Assembly (NCBI GenBank): GCA_005779435.1
Contig: SXJH01000225.1
Span: 1 to 36,529, forward strand
Origin: Nitrosomonas sp.
Lineage (GTDB): Bacteria > Pseudomonadota > Gammaproteobacteria > Burkholderiales > Nitrosomonadaceae
Direction: 5' to 3'
Length of the DNA: 36,529 nucleotides
Shown here: piece after piece, positions 27,591 to 34,591 of the stretch
Numbering within the stretch: position 1 is the first letter of the stretch
Layout of the letters: the number at the start of each line of letters is the position of its first letter
Position numbers and translations under genes: made by a program
The notes under the pieces: generated by a model
What the model saw: only the letters and a program-made list of their open reading frames with translations
Databases searched by the model: none
What the model was told of the DNA's origin: nothing

Positions 27591-27620
27591 AGAATAATCC
27601 GAATCAATCGCAGTTGTCAA
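27591..27620 (-). promoter_or_regulatory. Promoter of the C4-like unit
   Basis: TTGACA-18 bp-TATTCT. Confidence 0.7.
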
Positions 27621-27679
27621 CATATCCATTTATCTCGTTGTAATAAACCATAAAACAATTCCTTTATTTGCTAACAAGC

Positions 27680-27817
27680 GAAACGGGCTGGGCTTGATAC
27701 CAACTATGTGAAATTCAGGCTCAAGACACTCGATGATCGTAGCTATAGCTATACCTGTTTTATCATCAATGTATTCACACATACTCGTCTACGCACGTCC
27801 TTCCGTGCTGCCGCTTC
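27680..27817 (-). ncRNA. tRNA-like scaffold RNA B with long insert
   Basis: 7-bp stem GAAGCGG/CCGTTTC, D-like arm GCACG-GAAGGA-CGTGC, T-like arm GTTGG-TATCAAGC-CCAGC. Confidence 0.6.
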
Positions 27818-27855
27818 CTTCTTAGCCCTGCCGCTTACCCGGGCAGGTTAGGTGT

Positions 27856-27989
27856 TTGTTGGTTACCGGAGCTGATCCCGGTTTAATAACCTCACTGTCC
27901 ATCTAACTAACAAATGCGCGTTACCGCTATCCGACTAACCGAGAGCGACTCGGCTTCCGTGCGTATCAGCCTACGCATCAAACCAACAA
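27856..27989 (-). ncRNA. tRNA-like scaffold RNA A with complementary loops
   Basis: 9-bp stem TTGTTGGTT/AACCAACAA; GCGTA-GGCTGA-TACGC; ACCGG-GATCAGCT-CCGGT; loops GCTGA/TCAGC can pair. Confidence 0.7.
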
Positions 27990-28067
27990 GAACAGGCTCT
28001 AGCAATTTGCAGCATCGGCTTGTGAATTCTGATGTTTTGCCAAAGCCTGCTCTTTTTGATTCTTTTG

Positions 28068-28106
28068 AAAAAAATAAGCCAGCGGGCAGTTAGGTAACCC
28101 GCTGGC
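28068..28106 (-). terminator. tR1-like intrinsic terminator
   Basis: GCCAGCGGG/CCCGCTGGC 9-bp stem followed by TTATTTTTTT. Confidence 0.75.
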
Positions 28107-28230
28107 ATTGAGTTGCAGCGGTGGCTGCTGGAAAATAGTTGCGACCATCCGATTACGCAAAAATGCGCTGGCCGCTGCGGCGGGAGAGTAACACGAAAAT
28201 CTGTGATCTGTTTTTGCTCCATTCTTAGCC

Positions 28231-28259
28231 CGGTTCATCCCCACGGGCGTGGGGAACAT
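28231..28259 (-). CRISPR. Solitary type I-E CRISPR repeat
   Basis: ATGTTCCCCACGCCCGTGGGGATGAACCG: 29 nt, CCCCAC/GTGGGG stem and ATGAACCG handle; no array or cas gene in window. Confidence 0.85.
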
Positions 28260-28283
28260 TTTATTAAACACAGCTTGTTATCT

Positions 28284-28526
28284 CTATGCGACTTGCTTTT
28301 CTTTATCTTGCTCTGCCAGTTCCGGCCATAGATCGCGCCAATTGGCTGGACAAAGATCGCGCCTTGTTACAATGCCATTTGTGGCCAATTCGATTTGCGG
28401 GCATCGCTCAAATGGTATCGGCCTTACTCCATTCCGCCATTGGCTTATTAACGAAGGGGAAACCCCCAGCTTTTCGGCCAGGCCCGCATTTGAATCAACT
28501 TCTGATAAGTATTTTTCTAAATTCAT
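28284..28526 (-). CDS. cro: Cro-like repressor (YdaS type)
   Basis: LAEKLGVSPSLISQWRNGVRPIP..RC..IELATNG.VTRRDLCP..W..LWPELA; probably leaderless from PR. Confidence 0.85.
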   Translation of the reverse strand: MNLEKYLSEVDSNAGLAEKLGVSPSLISQWRNGVRPIPFERCPQIELATNGIVTRRDLCPANWRDLWPELAEQDKEKQVA

Positions 28527-28532
28527 AACGTA

Positions 28533-28574
28533 ACGATAGCAAATGCTATCGATTGAGTCAATAGCAAATGCGAT
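28533..28574 (-). promoter_or_regulatory. PR-like promoter with two operators
   Basis: TTGACT-17-TATCGT; ATAGCAAATGCTAT at 28536-28549 and a variant at 28561-28574. Confidence 0.8.
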
Positions 28575-28639
28575 TTTGATCGCTAGCACCATAAGAACAA
28601 AATTATCATCATGGAGTTTCCTATATTGAAGGTGCTCAT

Positions 28640-28924
28640 TTATGCACCCCCTTGCTGTTGTTCATCAATCCACTGAAAAAACTTTGCCTCATCGATGAGC
28701 AATTTTCGCCCGATTCTGACTAAGGCAATATTCAATCCATTACCTTGAATTGTCCCTCTCGAAGTTTTGCGATTTTCTGCTAAGAAAATTTGATTGCGGA
28801 GGGCCCCTTGAGAAAAGGCCGGGTGCTTTTCAGAAAATTGTCGTACAGATAGTAGAGTCGGAAGTTGTGATGATGAATTAGGAAAAGTTAATTCTTGCTT
28901 TGGGAGTGTAATTTGAGTTTCCAT
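28640..28924 (-). CDS. Excisionase/AlpA-like winged-helix DNA-binding protein
   Basis: LLSVRQFSEKHPAFSQGALR and VRIGRKLLIDEAKFFQWI; AGGA RBS. Confidence 0.75.
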   Translation of the reverse strand: METQITLPKQELTFPNSSSQLPTLLSVRQFSEKHPAFSQGALRNQIFLAENRKTSRGTIQGNGLNIALVRIGRKLLIDEAKFFQWIDEQQQGGA

Positions 28925-29095
28925 TTTTTCAGTCCTTTGATTAATTGCTCAAAACGCTACAATGTCTCAGTAGCTTGGATAGACTCTAAACAGAAACTTC
29001 TATTTGTTCACGCCGCTAAAATAATTTATTTTCCCGGTGCAGTATTTACGCACCGGGATTGCCCCGGTCAAAGATATTCAGCAGATTTTTCAACA

Positions 29096-29239
29096 TCGAA
29101 TCTTCCACAAGTCTGGAAGATTCACTGGTTATTTTTCGTTCGAATCTTCCACAAGTCTGGAAAAGTCCCCCGTTATTTTTCGTGCGAGTTTTCCACAAGT
29201 CTGGAAAAGTCCCCCGTTATTTTTCGTGCGAGTTTTCCA
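29096..29239. repeat. 44-bp tandem repeat x3.3 with internal palindrome
   Basis: Units start at 29096, 29140, 29184, 29228; core TTCCA-CAAGTC-TGGAA. Confidence 0.9.
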
Positions 29240-29263
29240 TATTTAAAATTATTTAGGCGTCCG

Positions 29264-29305
29264 ATAGCATTTGCTATTGACTCAATCGATAGCATTTGCT
29301 ATTGT
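29264..29305 (+). promoter_or_regulatory. PL-like promoter with two operators
   Basis: TTGACT-17-TATTGT; ATAGCATTTGCTAT at 29264-29277 and 29289-29302. Confidence 0.8.
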
Positions 29306-29373
29306 GCATTTTATCAACTGACTCATAAATCGTAAGCGTGGATGAGGTTGAAAACCAAACATTGGAGAGAAAA

Positions 29374-29754
29374 ATGAACATAGATGATTTAACGCTCGGG
29401 CAGATTAAGGAAATCCAAAACCTTGTTGGAGTAAAAAACAATGAAAACCAAGGATTAAACAGGATGATCGGCAGCAAGGTCATTATCAGAACATATTCAG
29501 CAGGAGTCTGGTTTGGAAAGCTGGCAGAAAAAAGCGGCAACGAGGTAATTCTTGAGGACGCACGCAGAATGTGGATTTGGTGGGCGAAGGAAGGAATTAG
29601 CCTCTCGTCTGTGGCAGTTAATGGCATTAACCAAGAAAAATCAAAAATAGCGGAAGCGGTGAAATCTGTTTGGTTGGAAGCCATAGAAATCATACCTTGC
29701 ACAGAAAATGCGATTTTATTAATTGAGAACGCACCAAATGCCAAGGCTGAATAA
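29374..29754 (+). CDS. Conserved phage protein (DUF6948-like)
   Basis: IGSKVIIRTYSAGVWFGKL..EVILEDARRMW.W motif; GGAG RBS. Confidence 0.75.
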   Translation: MNIDDLTLGQIKEIQNLVGVKNNENQGLNRMIGSKVIIRTYSAGVWFGKLAEKSGNEVILEDARRMWIWWAKEGISLSSVAVNGINQEKSKIAEAVKSVWLEAIEIIPCTENAILLIENAPNAKAE

Positions 29755-29971
29755 TTTTATTAATGTCGGCGACGGCGACGGCTACGGCGACGGCTCCGGC
29801 TACGGCTCCGGCTCCGGCTACGGCTCCGGCTCCGGCTCCGGCTACGGCGACGGCTCCAGCGACGGCTACGGCTCCGGCTACGGCTCCGGCGACGGCTCCG
29901 GCGACGGCTCCGGCTACGGCTCCGGCTACGGCTACGGCTACGGCTCCGGCTACGGCTCCGGCGACGGCTGA
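29738..29971 (+). CDS. Gly-Ser/Tyr/Asp low-complexity protein encoded by 6-bp GGCTMC/GGCGAC repeats
   Basis: (GSGYGDG)n; overlaps the end of the previous gene. Confidence 0.6.
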   Translation: MPRLNNFINVGDGDGYGDGSGYGSGSGYGSGSGSGYGDGSSDGYGSGYGSGDGSGDGSGYGSGYGYGYGSGYGSGDG

Positions 29972-30041
29972 AATGGGTACTCTTTAAGCTGTGACTCAAT
30001 GAATCCCGTGGAAGCCAGGAATTAATTGAAAGGAGAGACGA

Positions 30042-30191
30042 ATGAAACCACTCAAATTCAGAATCAAGATAAAAACGGCAAGCGGCAATTACCGTTACAC
30101 CGGGCTGTTTCAGTCGGCATGGCATGCCTTAATGGCTACTGTCGCACACATAAACGAGCCTTATACCGTCCGTGTTGAGGTGATCCGATGA
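30042..30191 (+). CDS. Hypothetical 49-aa protein (not in ORF track)
   Basis: AAGGAG RBS; MKPLKFRIKIKTASGNYRYTGLFQSAWHALMATVAHINEPYTVRVEVIR. Confidence 0.65.
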   Translation: MKPLKFRIKIKTASGNYRYTGLFQSAWHALMATVAHINEPYTVRVEVIR

Positions 30192-30295
30192 AAATCGACA
30201 TCGATTCAATCAGCTTGAGCATGGCGGCAATAATCGGCGCGTACCTGGTGGCGGGTATGTGTTGGGAACAAATTTTCAACCACTTCGGATTTTAA
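30188..30295 (+). CDS. Hypothetical 35-aa membrane peptide (not in ORF track)
   Basis: GAGGTG RBS, ATGA overlap; MKIDIDSISLSMAAIIGAYLVAGMCWEQIFNHFGF. Confidence 0.55.
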   Translation: MKIDIDSISLSMAAIIGAYLVAGMCWEQIFNHFGF

Positions 30296-30297
30296 AA

Positions 30298-30891
30298 ATG
30301 AATAAAACAGACTGGGAAATATTAGGGAAATTTGGCGTTACTCAGGAAAATCTGAGTGTGGGCGGCTCGCTTGATCTGAGGGGCTGCACCGGACTCACGG
30401 CGCTGCCTGATGGCTTGAGCGTTGGCGGCTCGCTTTATCTGAGGGGCTGCACCGGACTCACGGCGCTGCCGGATGGCTTGAGTGTGGGCGACTCGCTTGA
30501 TCTGAGGGGCTGCACCGGACTCACGGCGTTGCTGGATGGCTTAAGTGTGGGCGGCTGGCTTGATCTGAGCGGATGCACCGGACTCACGGCGTTGCCGGAT
30601 GGCTTAAGTGTGGGCGGTTCGCTTGATCTGAGCGGCTGCACCGGACTTACATCGTTGCCGGATGGCTTGAGTGTGGGCGACTCGCTTGATCTGAGGGGCT
30701 GCACCGGACTCACGGCGTTGCTGGATGGCTTAAGTGTGGGCGGCTGGCTTTATCTGAGCGGATGCACCGGACTCACGGCGTTGCCGGATGGCTTAAGTGT
30801 GGGCGGTTCGCTTGATCTGAGCGGCTACACCGGACTTACATCGTTGCCGGATGGCTTGAGTGTGAGCGGAACTATTTTTAAGGATTTTTGA
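30298..30891 (+). CDS. Leucine-rich-repeat protein (8 x 21 aa)
   Basis: LSVGGSLDLRGCTGLTALPDG repeated; 63-bp DNA units at 30352-30855. Confidence 0.85.
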   Translation: MNKTDWEILGKFGVTQENLSVGGSLDLRGCTGLTALPDGLSVGGSLYLRGCTGLTALPDGLSVGDSLDLRGCTGLTALLDGLSVGGWLDLSGCTGLTALPDGLSVGGSLDLSGCTGLTSLPDGLSVGDSLDLRGCTGLTALLDGLSVGGWLYLSGCTGLTALPDGLSVGGSLDLSGYTGLTSLPDGLSVSGTIFKDF

Positions 30892-30892
30892 A

Positions 30893-31867
30893 ATGAATGC
30901 AATTCTGAAAAATATCACGCAAGACAGGGCCAATTTTATTGGAGGTTCCGATACCGCTGCAATTTTGGGCGTATCACCTTGGAAATCGGCATTCCAGCTT
31001 TATCAGGAAAAAACTGGCGAATATCAGGAAGAAATCACGCCTGCCAAACAAAAGATATTTAATCGCGGAAAAAGATGGGAGCCAATCGTTATTGAAATGC
31101 TGGTCGATGAGCTTGAGGATCGTGGCCATGACGTGAAGATCATCACAAAAAACCAGCGTTATATCGATCCTGATTATGGTTTTTTGGCTGCCGAAATCGA
31201 TTTGGAATTGATGCTTGATGGACAGCACGTCAACGGCGAGATGAAAACCGTTCATCCGTTCGCTGCGAAAGACTGGGGCGAACAGGATACCGACGAAATC
31301 CCGCTGTATTACACATCGCAGGTTTTACACGGCCAAATGGTTACCGGACGCAATAAAACCATCGTTGCGGCTTTGATCGGTGCGGATGATCTGCGTGTGC
31401 ATGTGGTCGACCGTGACGATGAAATGATTGGCATCATTCGCAGCAAAGAAATTGAATTTTGGGAGCGCATACAAAACCGCGAAGCACCGGAACCAACAAC
31501 AACTGAAGATATTAATCGATTGTATCGATTCGATTCAGGCTCCGCTATCGAAGCTGATTCTGAGCTTCTCGAATTGATCGGAGAAGCATCAAACAAAAAA
31601 ACCGAATTAAAAGCCATCGAAACACGGCTGGAAAATTTGGTTACTCAAATCAAGTCAAGAATGGGCGAAGCGGCATTGTTGCTTCACAACGGCCAAAAGC
31701 TGGCAACGTGGAAAACCAACAAAGACAGCGAAAAGATTGACTGGAAGGGATTTGCTATCGAATTGATGTTGCGAACCAATGGCGCTATCAGCAAAGACAG
31801 CATCGAAGAAATGATGCGCAGATTTACGACTATTAAACTTGGCGCAAGACCTTTTTTAATTAAGTGA
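30893..31867 (+). CDS. YqaJ-like viral recombinase exonuclease
   Basis: IGGSDTAAILGVSPWKS, EMKT, IPLYYTSQV. Confidence 0.9.
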   Translation: MNAILKNITQDRANFIGGSDTAAILGVSPWKSAFQLYQEKTGEYQEEITPAKQKIFNRGKRWEPIVIEMLVDELEDRGHDVKIITKNQRYIDPDYGFLAAEIDLELMLDGQHVNGEMKTVHPFAAKDWGEQDTDEIPLYYTSQVLHGQMVTGRNKTIVAALIGADDLRVHVVDRDDEMIGIIRSKEIEFWERIQNREAPEPTTTEDINRLYRFDSGSAIEADSELLELIGEASNKKTELKAIETRLENLVTQIKSRMGEAALLLHNGQKLATWKTNKDSEKIDWKGFAIELMLRTNGAISKDSIEEMMRRFTTIKLGARPFLIK

Positions 31868-31877
31868 GGAAACAAAA

Positions 31878-32843
31878 ATGAGCGTAGCAAATTTAAAAGC
31901 AGCGGCAACAGGCAGCAACATGCCGGAAAAATTTTCGGACATGAGGCCGAAAGATCAAATAGCCCATTTGCTAAAAACGAAGCAAGCCGAAATATCCAAA
32001 ATGCTGCCGAAGCACTTAAACGCAGAACGATTGCTGAAAGTCGCTCAAATTGCGGCAACCACCACCCCGGCGCTGGCCAAGTGTGATGTTCCAAGCCTGA
32101 TTGGAGCAATCGGCCAATGCGCGCAAATGGGATTAGAACCGAATACAGTGCTTGGTCATGCGTACCTGCTGCCTTTCAACACGCGCCGCAAAGACGCCAA
32201 CGGCAACGAAAAGTGGGTGAATTCGGTGCAGGTAATCATTGGTTATAAGGGATTGATAGACCTTGCGCGACGTTCGGGCCAGATCATCAGCATTGCCGCA
32301 CACGAAGTTTGCGAAAACGACAAATTCGAACTTGTCTACGGTTTGGATGAAAAACTAAATCACACACCAGCAATGGGTGCGCGCGGAGAAGTGATTGGGT
32401 TTTATTCGGTAGCCAAGCTCAAAGATGGCGGCCACGCTTTCGAGTTCATGAGCAAGCTACAGGTAGAAGAAATCAAGGCTGCGAGTGAGAAAAAAAACAA
32501 GCGCGAATCATCGGTGTGGAAAGATCACTTCGTAGAAATGGGGCGTAAAACGGTGATCCGCAGGCTCGCTAAGTACCTGCCGCTATCGGTGGAATTTCAA
32601 ACGGCGGCGGCACTTGATGGCATGGCCGATGCAGGCAAAGATCAACATCTTGATGATATTGATGGCGATTATTCAATCATCCCTGAAGCAATTGATGCAG
32701 ATACCGGCGAAATCATCGATGGCGACGCTAACGAAACAAAGCCTGCCGATCCTCAGCCGGCGGCGAATCAGGCTAAACAGGAAGAAACCCCGGCGCCTGA
32801 AAAAAAGAAAGAATTAGATCCTGAATCGCTGGACATCGAATAA
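31878..32843 (+). CDS. recT: RecT single-strand annealing protein
   Basis: GLEPNTVLGHAYLLPF, IIGYKGLIDLARRSG, MGRKTVIRRLAKYLPLS. Confidence 0.93.
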   Translation: MSVANLKAAATGSNMPEKFSDMRPKDQIAHLLKTKQAEISKMLPKHLNAERLLKVAQIAATTTPALAKCDVPSLIGAIGQCAQMGLEPNTVLGHAYLLPFNTRRKDANGNEKWVNSVQVIIGYKGLIDLARRSGQIISIAAHEVCENDKFELVYGLDEKLNHTPAMGARGEVIGFYSVAKLKDGGHAFEFMSKLQVEEIKAASEKKNKRESSVWKDHFVEMGRKTVIRRLAKYLPLSVEFQTAAALDGMADAGKDQHLDDIDGDYSIIPEAIDADTGEIIDGDANETKPADPQPAANQAKQEETPAPEKKKELDPESLDIE

Positions 32844-32860
32844 CCAAACTTATACTAATC

Positions 32861-34591
32861 ATGAAAATCGAAAAAATATCATCATCCGGCACCGTGGCCG
32901 TGAAGCATATTGAAGTCGCCGCCGATACACCGATAACGTTATTCTGCGGCAGCAACCGCGCTGGAAAATCATCGCTGCGAGACGGCATCGTTCATGCATT
33001 CACCGGAGAACACCCGAAAGTGAAGTTGAAAAAAAACTATCAGCTGATGATTAACCGAAACGATGGCAACAGTGTCGGGTACACGTACATCGACTATGAC
33101 GGCGGGAAACGTGCATGCATCACCCTGCCAAATGGAACGCACGAATTAACCGATCCTATTCCTGCCGCAATGGAATTTCTAATAGAACCTGCCAAGTTCG
33201 GCAGCATCGCACCGGACGAGCGCAGATCATTTTTGTTCAATTTAGTGAATCTGCGCAGCGACGGCGAAGCAGTAAAAAAGAATCTGGTTTTGCGCGGACT
33301 TAATGCCGACAAAATCGAAGCCGTGGCGCAATTTTTAAAATCAAGTTTCGAGGCAGCAAACAAACACGCGCTGGATCAAGTGAAGCAAGCGCGTGCTGAC
33401 TGGAAAGCCGTTACCGGTGAAACGTACGGGGACAAAAAGGCCGAAGGATGGGAATTCAAGGTTCCGCAAGTTGAAGCTGGCTTATTGCCGCAAGCCGAGG
33501 TAAGTCTGGCTGGTATCGATAAGGAAATTGAGGAAGCAAATCAGAAATTAGGCGCAATGAAAGCGCTGATTAATGGCGAAAAGCAACGAGCGGCAGAAAT
33601 CGCCAGGATGCAAGAATCGGCTGACAAAGAGGAACGAATTAGGAAGAAACTTGATGTTGATCGTAACTCAGTCGCGGAATGGAAAATCAAGATCGAAGAA
33701 ACGCGCAAATTGGCGATGGGATCGAAGCCTGGATCAATCGCGTGCGCATGCCCGGAATGCGGGGTTGAGTTGATCTTTACCGGCAAAGAATTGATTGCGC
33801 GCGGCGGGGATCTGCACGGCGACGAAGACGCTGCTGTGAAACTGCCGGAATACGAAGAGACGCTCAAAATGCTGAACAACGCTGTATCGAATGGCGAGCG
33901 TGATTTGGCTGCGGCCACGGCGGCGCGCGAACAGTTGGCAATGGTTAAAAATACCGGGGCGGCCCCGACACCGGAAGAAATAACCGGAGTTGAAAACAAA
34001 ATTGCGTTACTCAAAGTAAGCCGGGCTAAGATCGATGCGGAAATAAAAGCCATCAAAGATAGCATCGAAAAAGCAGCTCAAGCGGACGAAAAAACCAAGA
34101 AGGCCGCCGCGCATCACATCAATGCGCAGGAGTGGGACAAAATCGCGGATGCGCTTGCACCTGACGGCATACCGGGCGAAATGCTTGGTGCCGCTCTGAA
34201 ACCAATCAATGAGCGCATAAAATTCAGCGTAGAAATCCTCGGCTTTGCTGGCAATGTCCACATCACCGACGATATGACTATTATGGAAGACGCCGACAAG
34301 TTGTATTCGTTTTCATCTAAAGCTACGAAATTGCTGATCGATTCGATGATTGCCGAGGCAATCAGCCATGTTTCCGGGATCAAGTTTTTTATGATCGATG
34401 AATTTGACCTGCTTGATCTGCCAAGCCGCAGCGCGTATTTGAAATGGCTGATTACGCTTGCGCGTGCCGGTGAGATCGATTCCGCACTGCTATTCGGTAC
34501 GCTGAAAGAAAAACCAGCAAAACTACCACCAGAAGTTACGGCGCATTGGATTCATGACGGCGTGATTGATAACGGAGGTGTTTGCTCATGA
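32861..34591 (+). CDS. SMC/SbcC-like ABC ATPase with coiled coil
   Basis: GSNRAGKSS Walker A, central CPECG hook, IDEFDLLD Walker B. Confidence 0.8.
   Translation: MKIEKISSSGTVAVKHIEVAADTPITLFCGSNRAGKSSLRDGIVHAFTGEHPKVKLKKNYQLMINRNDGNSVGYTYIDYDGGKRACITLPNGTHELTDPIPAAMEFLIEPAKFGSIAPDERRSFLFNLVNLRSDGEAVKKNLVLRGLNADKIEAVAQFLKSSFEAANKHALDQVKQARADWKAVTGETYGDKKAEGWEFKVPQVEAGLLPQAEVSLAGIDKEIEEANQKLGAMKALINGEKQRAAEIARMQESADKEERIRKKLDVDRNSVAEWKIKIEETRKLAMGSKPGSIACACPECGVELIFTGKELIARGGDLHGDEDAAVKLPEYEETLKMLNNAVSNGERDLAAATAAREQLAMVKNTGAAPTPEEITGVENKIALLKVSRAKIDAEIKAIKDSIEKAAQADEKTKKAAAHHINAQEWDKIADALAPDGIPGEMLGAALKPINERIKFSVEILGFAGNVHITDDMTIMEDADKLYSFSSKATKLLIDSMIAEAISHVSGIKFFMIDEFDLLDLPSRSAYLKWLITLARAGEIDSALLFGTLKEKPAKLPPEVTAHWIHDGVIDNGGVCS

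Noticed and set aside
27375-27629. N-terminal 85 aa of ORF 27045-27629 as real protein
   Set aside because: Overlaps a promoter and the C4-like RNA; better explained as an Ash-type reading of an RNA element
27999-28271. ORFs 27999-28271 and 27971-28222 as CII
   Set aside because: One is a translation of the CRISPR repeat (MFPTPVGMNR), both cross a strong terminator, and neither resembles CII/YmfL
29096-29239. CRISPR array
   Set aside because: Units are contiguous near-identical 44-mers with no unique spacers
28895-29335. Plus-strand ORFs in the cI slot as a repressor
   Set aside because: They are translations of the 44-bp repeats and operator, with no HTH or peptidase motif
29979-29990. 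boxA-like CTCTTTAA nut site
   Set aside because: Partial match only, no clear boxB and no recognisable N gene
29760-30125. Arg/Ser-rich minus-strand ORF and ATAPAT ORF
   Set aside because: Alternative frames of the hexamer repeat
30352-30855. DGR template/variable repeat pair or CRISPR
   Set aside because: In-frame coding repeats, differences not adenine-specific, and no reverse transcriptase in the window
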